This document shows positions 23,910 through 36,587 of a stretch of 64,000 bases of DNA, piece by piece. The notes under the pieces were generated by a model. That model saw nothing but the letters and a program-made list of their open reading frames with translations, did no database searches and was not told where the DNA came from. A program made the translations under genes and the position numbers. The stretch is from Octopus sinensis (Eukaryota), in the NCBI RefSeq assembly GCF_006345805.1, contig NC_043001.1:47306001-47370000 (forward strand), written 5' to 3'. How positions within the stretch are numbered: position 1 is the first letter of the stretch; the number at the start of each line of letters is the position of its first letter.

Positions 23910-24857
23910 TCATGTGTGGTGGGCATCTGTACGGGTAAGGGGACTTCCGCAGCGAGCATCAGATTTATAGATAGCTTCTATAAGCAGACGACCGTTTTCA
24001 GCAAAGAACGCTTTTACAGAGAGTGGATCGACATTGTCAGGTATGGTAGATTCTTTGCTCATGTTTTTAGTTGTAGTGCGGTTACCGATTTTCTCTTCGC
24101 GACGAGCAGTTATTACCAACTTCTTGTCTAGTGTCTTAACAGTGATCTCTTCCGGCTTATAATCTTCAATATCGATTTCATCTTTATATTTTTTCTCTTC
24201 AATGACTGGACGTGTGGCACTGTTGTTGATCGACGTCGAGTGAGCAGCCGAGTTTGGCGGTGGCGACATAGCACCACCAGTCGATCCTCTGCTTGGCGAA
24301 TCGTTTAGGGCTGCATATTCGGGTAGAGGTAATGGTGCTTCGATACTCAGTATACCGTCATTCGACATCGTGCATTGTAAATTCATTGGGTCGATATCTT
24401 TGGGTATATTTACAGATCGAGAGTACTCACGAGACACTGAAGACCCTCCTGTCTTCGATTCATGTTTAGCATGGACTTGCATTTTATCGGCGTCCATTTT
24501 GACATTGACTTCCTCTGGTTTGAAATCTCGGACATCAAAGCGTACTTTGAAGACAGGTCTCCCGTTAGCATCTTTCTCAATAATACCTGTAGCATCGTCA
24601 AAGTCTCCGCATACACTTGGTTTTATGCCGGAAGCAATACTGCTCCCAACTCCAAAATCAACATCTCCTAATCGACTTGCGATGTTATCAAACTTACCAT
24701 TGGGTTTTAAAGAGAAGAAACCCTTGCGAACATTTTCAATTTCATTTTCCCATTCTCGGCGGCGTCTGTCCATGTCTCTGGTCATGTCTTCCCAAACTTT
24801 AGATTGACGATCTTCAAAGCTTAAATCGTCTTTGAAAATAGGAATTCGTGTCGACAT
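23910..24857 (-). CDS. Small heat-shock protein with two alpha-crystallin domains (p40/major-egg-antigen-like architecture), 315 aa
   Basis: ACD1 FKVRFDVRDFKPEEVNVK..VHAKHE..SREYSRSVNIP..DGILSIEAP; ACD2 IDIEDYKPEEITVK..LVITARRE..IPDNVDP..GRLLIEA; intact ORF; splice acceptor (minus-strand TTTCTTTACAG, AG at 24889-24888) 30 nt before the ATG implies a non-coding upstream exon. Confidence 0.92.
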   Translation of the reverse strand: MSTRIPIFKDDLSFEDRQSKVWEDMTRDMDRRRREWENEIENVRKGFFSLKPNGKFDNIASRLGDVDFGVGSSIASGIKPSVCGDFDDATGIIEKDANGRPVFKVRFDVRDFKPEEVNVKMDADKMQVHAKHESKTGGSSVSREYSRSVNIPKDIDPMNLQCTMSNDGILSIEAPLPLPEYAALNDSPSRGSTGGAMSPPPNSAAHSTSINNSATRPVIEEKKYKDEIDIEDYKPEEITVKTLDKKLVITARREEKIGNRTTTKNMSKESTIPDNVDPLSVKAFFAENGRLLIEAIYKSDARCGSPLTRTDAHHT

Positions 24858-24947
24858 TTTGATGAATTCAAAGATGCTTCAGAAACACTGTAAAGAAAGA
24901 AAAAAAAGGAGAGAAATTAAAAATCTTGTAGTTAACCGGAAGCATTA

Positions 24948-27101
24948 CACAACGTAACAATTAAAAGAAAATTGTTTATTGTATTTTTTTATTGTTTATC
25001 AATTCATTTTTTCTGCTGATTCCAAAAATGAATTTTGCTTTTTGTGTATCATCAACAGTTAAAAATATATGTCGACTTTCAATGTTATCATATATTCAGT
25101 ATTATTATAATGTTCCCCTACTAAATGTATGTCTAATTTTCTCTTTCAGACCAATTACTAAGTTCTGCTACTTTCAGGATGGCTACTAGAGTATGTAAAA
25201 ATTATCCAGATACATTTTGCTATGTGTGTGGCTATTATATTGGAAAAAAGCAGGTATTACATAAGATCATGAAATGTGCCAAATTGTGGATAGCGTACAG
25301 ACTCTATTTTGGAATGCCCAAGGGTGACCAGGACAAACCATGGGCCCCACATGTGATATGTGGAAGCTGTCGATCTACACTAGAAAGATGGTTAAGAGGT
25401 ACAGGAAGGTCAGTGCCTTTTGCCATTCCAAGGGTATAGAGAGAGCCAAAGAACCATCACGATGACTGTTACTTTTGTATGATCGCTGTGACAAAGTACA
25501 GAAAAGTGAAAGGAAGACAAGCATTTCAGTATCCAGACATACCATCATCTAAAGCACCTGTCCCACATGATGAAAGTTTACGAATACCACTACCACCAGA
25601 AAATATTTCATCTGAAGAGTCAACAAGTAGCAGCAGCCAAGAAATGGAGGAAGCTTTCGTACCAAGAAAGACTTCGGAGCCTCACTTTCCAAATCAGAGT
25701 GAGCTAGATGATTTAATCAGGGATCTGAGTCTTACTAAGTTAGGAGCTGAACTTCTTTCATCAAGGTTGAAGGTATGGAATCTACTGAGGGAAGATTGCA
25801 AGCCATAAAGAATTTGAAATTTACTATGAAAATATTAATGTGTTATTGTAAAGATGTGATTGGTTTCTTTACTGCTATTGGACTCAAGCATGATTCTGCA
25901 GAATGGTGACTGTTCATAGATAGCTCAACACGAAATCTCAAAGCAGTGTTACTCCTTAATGGAAATAAATATCCTTCTTCGCCTCTTGCACACTCCATAC
26001 AGAAGAAAGAAAATTACGATAATGTCAAAGAACTTCTCGACAAAATAAATTACGCTGAGTTCAAATGGGATGTTTGTGGTGATTTCAAGATGCTTGCCTT
26101 CTTGCTTGGCTTGCAAGGGGGATACACAAAGTATTCATGTTTCCCTTGCTTATGGGACAGCAGAGCTTGATGATGATCATTACAAGAGAGTACATTGACC
26201 CCCACGAGTGGAACTGCAGCCAGGAATGTTAAATGTTCTCAAACAGCCTCTAGTAGATTCCAACAAAATCTCATTACCTTCACTTCATATCAAACTCAGT
26301 TTGTGAAGGCCTTAGATTTTAGCGGAGAAGCTTTTCAAGAAATGTGTCTTCTGTTTCCAAAGCTATCTGTGGCTAAGATCAAGGGTGGTATATGTTTTGG
26401 GACCCAAGTAAATGCAATGTTAAAGTCGAAGAAACTGGAAAGAGCGATGACAAAAGTTGAAAAAGAAGCTTGGTGTGCATTTCGTGATCTAGTTCGTGGA
26501 TTCCTAGGAAATCACAAGGATCCTAATTACAAACAGCTGGTAGCAAAGCTTATTGTCGTATGTCCTTAAAGGTTAATTTTTTGCACTCTCACCTAGATTT
26601 TTTCCCTGAAAACTTGAGCGATGTCAGTGAGGAGCAAAGTGAGAGATTTCATCAGGACATCACAACAATAGAAAGAAGATAACAAGGACGATGGGATACT
26701 GCTATGATGGAGATTATATATGGTCTCTAGTCAGAGGAGATGAAGGTATACACTCCAGAAAATCCCGATCGTCAAAGCACTTCTCATCTTAAGAAAATAG
26801 TTATCAAGGCATTTACAGTGAAGAGTTTTATTGTTTCATTTTGTTCTAACTAATATTATACTTTCTAATTACCTTTCAATATATGAAAAAGTACTATAAT
26901 GTTGTGTAATTATCCTTACAATACTAGAATAGATTGAACCAACAAAGTGCTGTACAGAAAAGTTACAAATATAGCGGGCAAATATGAAATTAGGAATAAA
27001 TAACTATCGATGTTACGTCAAAACAAATGTGACTTTAGTGGCAAAAAATGCATATATGAACATTAAAAAATACAAATAAACAAAATATGTGTTACATTGT
27101 G
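24948..27101 (+). mobile_element. Chapaev3-type (CMC superfamily) DNA transposon, both ends intact, transposase decayed
   Basis: TIRs CACAACGTAACA (24948) / TGTTACATTGTG (ends 27101) with imperfect extension; 3-bp TSD TTA (24945-24947, 27102-27104); transposase motifs listed in the next feature. Confidence 0.8.
25179..26792 (+). pseudogene. Chapaev3-like DDE transposase pseudogene
   Basis: CKNYPDTFCYVCG, WAPHVICGSC, REPKNHHDDCYFC, CGDFKMLAFLLG.QGGYTKYSCFPCLWDSR, FLHSHLDFFPENLSDVSEEQSERFHQDI; several stops and frameshifts. Confidence 0.8.
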
Positions 27102-30100
27102 TTATTTATTTAATACAAATAGTAAATAGTTTAAAAAGACAAAAATAATAAAAGCTTCAACGATTCTGATAAGAATGAAAAGTCATTTAATATTTTGGGT
27201 AAAATAACTGGTAATCACAGGCCGGAAAAAATATCTGATAATATACGAAATAAAAACGAAACAATGTTATCGTAACTCAAAAACATTCATAATGCCGGCG
27301 GAAAATGGGCTGAGAATAAATTTTAAATTAAAGCGATGGAATATATTGTTTAGTATATCAGATGTAGAGCTTGATACAAATAAATTGATCTACCATAATG
27401 TTTGTTAATCGTAGCTCATTCACATAACACTGAAAGCCTTGTGATTTAGATTGATTTGTCGAATAGCTGTTATCTATATGCAACGCTCTCGATATGTAAA
27501 AATGAGGGAAATGTGATCGTATAGAAGAGCGAGCGAGCGAGCGAAAGAGAGAGAAGGAGAGAGAGAAAGAGAGAGAGAGAGAGAACGAGAAGGAGAGAAA
27601 GTGTTGTATGTGAAAGTAATCAGGGTAAATAAGAAAAAGGAGAGAGAAAATGGAGTATGCAACAGTGGTAGAGAATTTGAATGGGTACCCACAAGAACGT
27701 TATTTGTAATGTAATCAAAACAAAATAATAAAATTTCACTAACATATACGTATTATAATTTCACTAACATATACGTATTATATTAAACAAAAACTTCAGT
27801 AAAAATCAATATTGCAGATACGTTTTGTTTTATTGCATATCCAACTAAATTTATGTAGAAGTGTTTATCTATACAACATAACGCATGTGAATAGTTGAAG
27901 AACCAGAAGCCGCAATTTTCATTGTGTAAAAATTCCATTATAGACGTATTCTGTTAAAAAGCAAAATATACTTCAGAGTTAGGCAAAATAAAATCGCCCA
28001 GAGAGACCGAGAGCAACATATACGTATTTCGCCGTTGTTGCAGCACTCGTGTCGCTTTCAACATCAGGTTGAGTCAGCCAATCTGAAGCATATAAGGAAA
28101 GTGTATAAACTATACACTAGTTTATACAACGACGCTGCACAAGCAGAATAAAATTTGAATTATGCAGTAGAAGTAGAATAAAATCTTAAACGCTTGTTTT
28201 ACAATGGTTCAGTGATGCATTCAAGGCAAAGATGAATAAATAAATTCATTGGAATTGTATTCCTCTTCCCTTCAAAAATAATAATATTAATTTCATGAAC
28301 CACACGCATAATACAAAATGGGAAATTCTGCAGCTATGGCCCCTGTTCTTCTCAAAGTCCGTATTTTAGTATCAATGTCAAGATGTCACATGAATGTAAG
28401 GCGGGATCTTTCTGTTTGGTTACACCTTAGTTAAAATTTTTCAATTTGGTGTATTGATGTAGTTTTCCATGCTGAATCTCAGAGGCTGATTCACTTTTTC
28501 CAGAAAAAAGATTTAAAAACAAAAAGTAGCAGAGATTTAAAGTTTGATTTGGAAGCTGTCATTTTGTGCGTGACTGCATGTGTTGTCATCTGTAAACAAA
28601 TTGGCAGAATTCTGCTCCATGCACGCCATATACCTCCTCATAATTATTTTATTTTTTGGAATTTTCTGAAAATTTTTGCGGATTTGTATTCTACACACGG
28701 TAATTCATACAATTATGCAAAAAAGAACAGACAAAAAAACCCCAAAACAATTTTCGTGCGTGATTTAAGACGTATTCGGCTATTATGTTTTGCACACCTC
28801 ACAACCACCCCATACTTCATGTGTTTTAAAGCATTTAATAAGCAAAAAATGACCACATGGGTAAGCAGCTTGGTAACAGCTTGGCTTGTTACTGTGGAAA
28901 GAGGCACCTATATGTCTATGTCTTTCGAATGACTAAAATTACCTAAAATTTGTAAACTTTAAAAGTTATCAACTCTTTATTTATTGATTTATGGCGAAAA
29001 TGAATTTCATGTCAATGATTACCATACAAAACTACATCATTTCACAAATATGAAACCATTTGGAACAAGACAACCTTAGTACTTATTTTCTAAAGCCTGG
29101 TAGTAATTTTATTGGTCTTTTGCCGAAACCCTAAATTATGGGAGTTGTAAACAAACCAACACCAGTTGTCAAGCTGTGGTAGGGGACAAACACAAACATA
29201 ATGGCACCATATCTACACAAACACACACACACACACATATATATATATACGACAGGCTTGTTTCACTCACAAGACTTTGGGTCAAACTCAGGCTATAGTG
29301 AAAAATACTTGGCCAAGGTGAGACTGAACCCAAGTCCACATAGTTAGGAAGCAAGTTTCTTAACCATCCCGCCAAACCCGAACCCATTTCAGGTATTTAT
29401 TTCCTCTTTTATACGATTAGTTACAGTTTAGGCTGGCAACGTAACGAGAGAATCTCGTTGCGCAACTTGGAAGAAATAGCAATCAAATTTCCCCTAATCA
29501 CGCACAGATGCACACGCACACTAAAACGCAAAAACATGCAAACACACATAAGCACACACACTCTCTCCTTCCGGATTTCTATCTTTGTCACTTTTATCGT
29601 ATCCATTATAGGCATGCTCCGCGTTACGGAAATGTTGTGTTCCAGAAAATCTTGCGGTAACGAAAACCCCTTTATACGAGACGCATTTCCCCATAGATTT
29701 CTATGGTCATTATTATCTCCTATGCAATATGAAAACAAATTTACTGCTATATCATCAATATTGGTTTTTTATCTCGCTAGATGCTGCGAGTCAATCCCAC
29801 TGGGATTAAATTTGCATTTAATCACTGGAGTCAATAAAATAAGTACCAGACGTATTACTAATGTTGGTTCACTCGACTGTACATCCTTCCCAGCGAGCGT
29901 TGGCATTCTGCCTTGTGGAAAGCAAAAGCAAAAACAAACATAAAATCACTATTCTGGAATGGCACAGGTAACATAAAATTCCCAGAAATTGGCGAAGATC
30001 TCATTTTGTAAATATATATTTCCTGTAAAATATCTGAGACAATGGAGAAACATATTGCCTTTGAGGTAACTGTACTTGATAGACGATGCCAGCGAGATAA

Positions 30101-30464
30101 CAGATGTTTAAACCGAGTTGGGATTTTTTTCAAATGCAAAACCCAGGAAGTATGTGTGCTGTTGACCTGGTTAGTCGGTGGAGTGCCAGGAACAGTAGAA
30201 TGTCGGGCGAAATGATTTACCTTATCTAATTTCGTTCCTCTACGTTCCAAAGAGAAATTCCACCTGCGCCGACCTTGCCTTTCATCTCTTGGTGGTCGAT
30301 AAAATAACCAGTGATGAGATACTGTAATCAGACTGAAGCAGTAGAGTGCCGGCGTAAGCATCTTATAGTATTTACTCTCGTCTTGTTATGTTCTTAATTC
30401 AAGTCCCGTCGGAGATTCCTTAGAATCGATAAAATAAGTAACAATTATTATTTAACCTTGGTCA

Positions 30465-30686
30465 AAGGCGGCGACCAGGCATAATCGTAAGCACATCAGG
30501 TAAAGTGCTTAGCGGTATTTCCTCCGTCTTTAACGTCCTGAGTTCAAATTCTGCTGAGCGTGACTTTGCCTTTCATCCTTTAGGGGTCGATAAAATAAGT
30601 ACCTGCTGAACACTGCGGGTTGATGTAATTGATTTACCCCTTCCTTGAAATTGCTGGTCTTGTGCCAAAATCTGAAACCATTATTT
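30465..30686 (+). mobile_element. SINE family B, diverged
   Basis: GAGTTCAAATTCTGC..CTTTGCCTTTCATCCTTT..GGGGTCGATAAAATAAGTACC. Confidence 0.75.
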
Positions 30687-30769
30687 AACCTCGATCTAAC
30701 ACACCTATGATCAACGGATTTCTAGTACTGACCATACTGTCTTTCATTGAGAAACATTCTTTTCTATTC

Positions 30770-30965
30770 TAGGCACAAAGCCCGACATTTTGGGGGAGGG
30801 GGCCAGTCGATTAGTTCGACCCCACTACGCAACTGGTACTAAATTTATCGACCCTGAAAGGGTGAAAGACAAAGTCGACCTCGGCAGAATTTGAACTAAG
30901 AACGGAAAGTCAGACGAAATACTGCTAAGCATTTCGCCCGGCGTTCTAAAGTTTCTATCAGCTAG
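30770..30965 (-). mobile_element. SINE family B, inverted
   Basis: Reverse complement of the family-B core (AAAGTCGACCTCGGCAGAATTTGAACT on plus). Confidence 0.75.
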
Positions 30966-31624
30966 TCAGTAATATATTACGTGTAAGTCAGCCGTCTGTA
31001 GCATTTCTCATACATATTTGTGGCATTGTGTCAAAAGTTAGTAATATATATATATATATACATATAAATTTGACATGGGCGATTCTTTCTAGTCTTTGGA
31101 TTCACGGTCAAACTGCTGGGTGGAATTGCGCGAAAAATTACACAGATGTCTAGAATGATCCAGTGGTGTTGCTGGGCCTTGTATTTTTTCATAGCTCCCA
31201 TGGTTACCGAGATAATCTACTATAATAACACTCTTGTATTATGAATGAAAAAGGAATGGGTGATAGATGAATAAGGATGGAAAGGGATGATGTCATACTT
31301 GGTAGTGGGATGATGAAAATTGCACGCTGGTGTGTGTGTGTGTGTGTGCGTTTGTGTGTGTTTGGGTGTGTGGGCGTGTGCGTGCGCAATGGAAGTGGGA
31401 TGGTTCATCTTTGTTCGCTTAGTATTTGGGTTTATTTTTTGATTTGGTTGAATCTTGGTTGTTTGTTTTTGTTGGTCAGATATTTCTAGCGTTTTGACCG
31501 AAAAAAAGTGATTCTAAAATTGTGTTTTAATGTAAGCGTGCCCAAACAAGTCGAATGCTTACACAGAGCAAGTTTTATAGCCACATCATTCAAACCGACC
31601 TGGTGAAACCGGGCTTAGCTGCTA

Positions 31625-31662
<38 letters not shown>

Positions 31663-31699
31663 ACTCTCACGTCGAAGACGACGTGTGAGTGCTCAGCTT

Positions 31700-31930
31700 T
31701 TGTCGATCGACCTGCACAAATGATTTGTTTATAGTGAGCAAATGTATGTGTTGTACATTTGCTCACTCCCTGAACAGGGTGCACGGTGTACCACGTGTCA
31801 GGTGTCCAAGTGATCGCAGAGCAAAATTAGATGAAGTGTTTTTCTCAAGAGCACAACGTACCACCCGGTCCAAGAATTGAAACCACTATCTCGCGATCGT
31901 GAGTGCAAGAACTTAACCACTAGGCCATGC
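31700..31930 (-). mobile_element. SINE family C-related, diverged
   Basis: GAAGTGTTTTTCTCAAGAGCACAAC..GAATTGAAACCAC..AACCACTAGGCCA resembles 10140-10240. Confidence 0.55.
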
Positions 31931-32312
31931 CTATATTTAGACACAATGTAAAAAGAAAAATTATAAAATCATAAAAGGAAATTATATGAAAATACCAAAA
32001 CCTTGCGGGTCGTCACTAAAATAAGCTGGAGTGACTGACGAGAGTATTCACATTTCGTTCTATTGGAATTACGGTCAACTGTGCAACAATTCCATTGAAT
32101 GGGGGTTCGGCCACACAAAACAACGACTACAATAACTATTACGTTTCTTAATAATACTTGTTGGTTTCATGTTCTACCGACTACGCAATTAACATAATGA
32201 TAGGATTTTCTTTCACAATTACAGTATTGATTTCTCTCAGTCTTTTTCTTTTTTCTCTTTCTCCTTTTCTTTCTGTCTGCCTGCCAACCCCACCTCTCGT
32301 TGTCTCTTATGA

Positions 32313-32696
32313 TCTCTCTCTATATAAACGGCAGTTTGTCTGTGTGCGTGTCTGTGTGCCTGTTAGGTTGTACCCTCGCCCTGACCACGGCTTTCAACCG
32401 ATTCTGATGAAACTTGACACACACATAGCCCAATGTCATAATTCAAAACTAACGCAGCGAAAATTTTGAAAAGTTCCCCCAGTTCTGAAAAAAATCGATA
32501 AATTCGACATGGGGTCGAGAATCAGAAACACAAACCACAGACTGTCTAGGGGACGCAACTCGAACTTTTTAACTCTCAAAAAAAATTTACCATAATTTTT
32601 TTCCCATTTTTTTGCTATTTTTTGGCTATAATTCTCTAAAAATGCTTTATAGTTATTTCCCTTACAAACCCGAGCAACGCCGGGCGATACTGCTAG
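32313..32696 (+). mobile_element. Non-autonomous Helitron
   Basis: A|TC start, CCCG-AGCAACGC-CGGG hairpin, CTAG|T end. Confidence 0.8.
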
Positions 32697-33301
32697 TCTA
32701 AGATAAGAAAGAAATCTATCATGACCAAGACAACAGGGTATGAATTGAATCTTGTAGATTCAATAATAATGTAAACGCAGTTTTTCTACACTATTAATGT
32801 GCGTAAAAAATAGGGAGTCTTTTGACGGAGCATTTCACAGATTGTTGGTCGTTCCTCAGAGAAGACGTACCCGGCTTTATTCTACAATCAACATCATAGG
32901 CCAGCTGCTTTATAAAGCAGTAATAAATTAGGCTAGCAACATATGGGTTGCCTAACTTGCATATCTGTGCCTTTTCCGTACATCAGTAGAATAGAAAGAA
33001 CGTGCTTACAGTCTTATTTAATCCACGTGGGACTTTCTAATTAATGACGGCTTTATATAACAGCTACTCTAAACTATTGATCGTGGACGGAATTTGAGTA
33101 TATTTTCGCTTAAGATGGTCAACAAATCAAGAATATATATATACTTGGAAGGTTGTTTGTTATTGCCGGTTAGATAGTCAACTCTCTAACCGGGCATAAC
33201 AAACAACCTTCCAACTATTACTACTCTAACGTTTGAGAGTGGGTTTCTTTTCGATTTTTAAACTACTGACCGATTCTCTCTCTCTCCCTCCTCTCTCTCT
33301 C

Positions 33302-33333
<32 letters not shown>

Positions 33334-33467
33334 TGTATGCATGCATGCATGCATGCATGTATGTATGTATGTATGTATGTATGTATAATGTATGTATGTA
33401 TGTAGGTATGTACATAAGTGTGTGTGTAAGTACGTATGTATGTGTGTGTGGAGAGATAGAAAGATAT

Positions 33468-33624
33468 AGGAGTGGCTGTGTGGTGAGTAGCTTCCTTACC
33501 AGCCACAAGGTTCCGGGTTCAGTCCCATTGCGTTGCACCTTGGGCAAATGTCTTCTACTATAGCTTCGACCGACCAAAGCCTTGTGAGTAAATTTGGTAG
33601 ACGGAACTGAAAGAAGCCCGTCGT
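33468..33624 (+). mobile_element. SINE family A head
   Basis: AGGAGTGGCTGTGTGG..GAAAGAAGCCCGTCG. Confidence 0.8.
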
Positions 33625-33760
33625 ATATGCATACATACATATATGTGTGTGCGAGTGTATGTATATCAACTGATATATTATTCTATACACATTTACACAA
33701 ATTCGGAATATATATATACATATACACACATACACATACGTGTATGTTTTTATACATAGT

Positions 33761-34193
33761 TACTCTTTTACTTTTATTTGTTTCAGTCATTTGACTGTGG
33801 CCATGCTGGAGCCCCGCCTTTTAGTCGAGCAAATCGACCCCAGGACTTATTCTTTGGAAGCCTAGTACTTATTCTATCGGTCTCTTTTGACGAACCGCCA
33901 AGTTACGGGGACGTAAACACACCACGATCAGTTGTCAAGCGATGTTGGGGGGACAAATATACACACACACATACACACACAAACACATACACACACACAT
34001 ATATATATATGTATATATACACATATATACGACGGGCTTCTTTTCAGTTTCCGTCTACTAAATCCACTCACAAGGCTTTGGTCGGTCCGAGGCTATAGTA
34101 GAAGACACTTGCCCAAGGTTCCACGCAGTGGGACTGAACCCGGAACCATATAGTTCGTAAGCAAGCTACTTACCACACAGCCACTCCCGCGCC
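33761..34193 (-). mobile_element. SINE family A, full length
   Basis: Reverse complement of the 3862-4278 layout. Confidence 0.85.
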
Positions 34194-34512
34194 TTATCTA
34201 TAAAAATTGTAAAACATTCATTGAAAAATCCCTCAGTTCATTTCAATAAATTATCACGTTTATTTTAACAATACATAAATGAAATAAATAATAAATATAC
34301 ATAAATAAATAAAAATAAATGTTGAAAGCGGATTTGAAGCTTTGGTTGAGTTGCCTTCGTCAGACTATCTGACAAAGGTAACTAAATTGAGACTTGTATA
34401 TAAACATACGCACATATATATTTATATACACACATATATATGTATATGTATACAAACACACACATACGTACATACATATCTACGCACGCACATACATGCA
34501 CGCACATGGAAG

Positions 34513-34897
34513 CGTGGAAGCACTCCGTCGGTTACGACGACGAGGGTTCCGGTTGATCCGAATCAACGGAACAGCCTGCTCGTGAAATTAACGTGTAAGT
34601 GGCTGAGCACTCCACAGACACGTGTACCCTTAACGTAGTTCTCGGGGATATTCAGCGTGACACAGAGAGTGACAAGGCCGGCCCTTTGAAATACAGGTAC
34701 AACAGAAACAGGAAGTAAGAGTGAGAGAAAGTTGTGGTGAAAGAGTACAGCAGGGATCACCACCATCCCCTGCCGGAGCCTCGTGGAGCTTTAGGTGCTT
34801 TCGCTCAATAAACACTCACAACGCCCGGTTTGTGAATCGAAACCGCGATCCTATGACCGCGAGTCCGCTGCCCTAACCACTGGGCCATTGCGCCTCC
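34513..34897 (-). mobile_element. tRNA-derived SINE, family D
   Basis: Minus-strand head GGAGGCGCAATGGCCCAGTGGTTAGGG..GGTTTCGATTC (A/B boxes); tail homologous to 48165-48325 (plus). Confidence 0.75.
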
Positions 34898-36587
34898 ACG
34901 CACGCACGCACATATACATTCATAAAAAGATAATAATCTTAGAAAATATAAGCGTGTGATGTTTCTGCTGAAGCTGATACTGTTACATTCTTCTGCACCG
35001 CTTCCACGTATTCAGTTGGGCTTAAGGAATTGTGATAGTACTTATTCTTTCTACTGTCTACACCCAGTGATCCCTAATGTCCCTCTGCCTTTTTATCTGT
35101 CTATTTCCCCTCTTAAGCAATCAAGGTTAAAGTATTATTTCCTACTCAAAATGCCGCTCGCTATCCACTCCTTGTCTGTAAAATGCCTATAATTCGTTGC
35201 TGGAGGAATATTGTTAGGAATAACATTCCATCACATATGAATCAATCTGACTGATGTTTCCAAGCTTAAAAAGCTGTTTTCAGAAAACGCCATGTTTCTC
35301 TTGCTTTATGGGTGTAATTATATCATCATAGACTTTTGGTATGTTAAATATTCTTACAGCTTAGAAATGGTTGGAAGCTATTACTAAATAACCATATTGT
35401 AGAATAAGACATTTGAAAGGGTTGAAAAAAAAAACAGTTGCATTTAGTTTGCGTGTTCCCTAAAATACTATCTAGGTATATATTTTTTCTTAGACAGTAG
35501 CAGTAATTATAATTTTACAATTCCTTCTAGAATGGTGAGATCAATACAGCTAATGTCGTCTACGGGAGGGAAAAGAAAGTAGGCAAGGAGAAAATTCTCC
35601 AGCTTGCACGTCATGGATTGAACGAAACGTTTAGTTTAGATGTGAAGTGAGGTTATAAGATAATGAAAGAAGAAACAGATGTGTCCGGTAGCAAACCGGA
35701 AGTGATTATTTACGGGAATATATTTGGGACCAATCTCCAAACGATGCTTTCCAACGATTTACGGGAGTAAAAATAAATCCTTATTATACATTTGCACACA
35801 AGATGTTAGGTATTTGCTGAAGCTAATCTATATGTGATAGCGATCTGATGAATCTCTCTACGTACACATAAATAGATGCCATAACAGAAGGGATATAACA
35901 TTGAACTATCTACTGGTGTGTTGTGCGCTGAAATGTATAGCAGGCGCAGGTGTTTTGTAACTTTGCAAAGAGAGCACTTTTGTAAATATAGGTGCCTTAT
36001 TCACCTGTTGGCAATATGTGTGAAAGCACTTGAGAACGTTCACCTGCTGGGAATAGATTAAAATCATTTGAGAACATGCTACTGATAGATATTAAGAAAA
36101 TGCCCTCCTGTTGAAAATATTGTACGCATTTAGATATTTTATATATGAGATCATCAGGGGACATCTTATTCGTGACACTCCACGTAGGCAGAGTTCGACC
36201 TTAGCATGATCATATCACAAGAAATGTTGTTCCATATTTACTGGTTCTGTCAGTCTACTTTCTATAATTATAACATCATCATCATCACCATCATCGACAA
36301 CAGCAGCAATCCATTCTACTACATGAAATTTTGTGGGGAGGAATTAGTTGATTACATCGACTTCAGTACTCAGCTGGTATTTATTTCATCGACGCCAATA
36401 GATGAAATGTAATGTCGACCTCGGTGGAATTTGAACGCAGAACGTTAAACTGTAAGTGATGCGGAGAAGCAGTGTCCAAAGCACCTATGGGCAAGTGCCT
36501 TCTAATTTTGCCATGGGTGACCTAAGCCTTGTGAGTGGATTTGGCAAGCGGAAACTGAAAGAAGACCTTACTACACACACACACGTA

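Noticed and set aside
24370-24807. 145-aa plus-strand ORF
   Set aside because: Antisense shadow of the sHSP CDS.
27735-27782. 25-bp tandem duplication AATTTCACTAACATATACGTATTAT
   Set aside because: Simple local slippage with no further structure.
28055-28110. TGAGTCA-GCCAAT-TATAA cluster as the sHSP promoter
   Set aside because: The motifs read best on the strand opposite to the sHSP, and no strong donor site links them to the acceptor at 24888.
28659-28671. Heat-shock element GAAttTTCtgAAA
   Set aside because: The third pentamer is mismatched, and the site lies in what looks like repeat-derived sequence at an unknown distance from the TSS.
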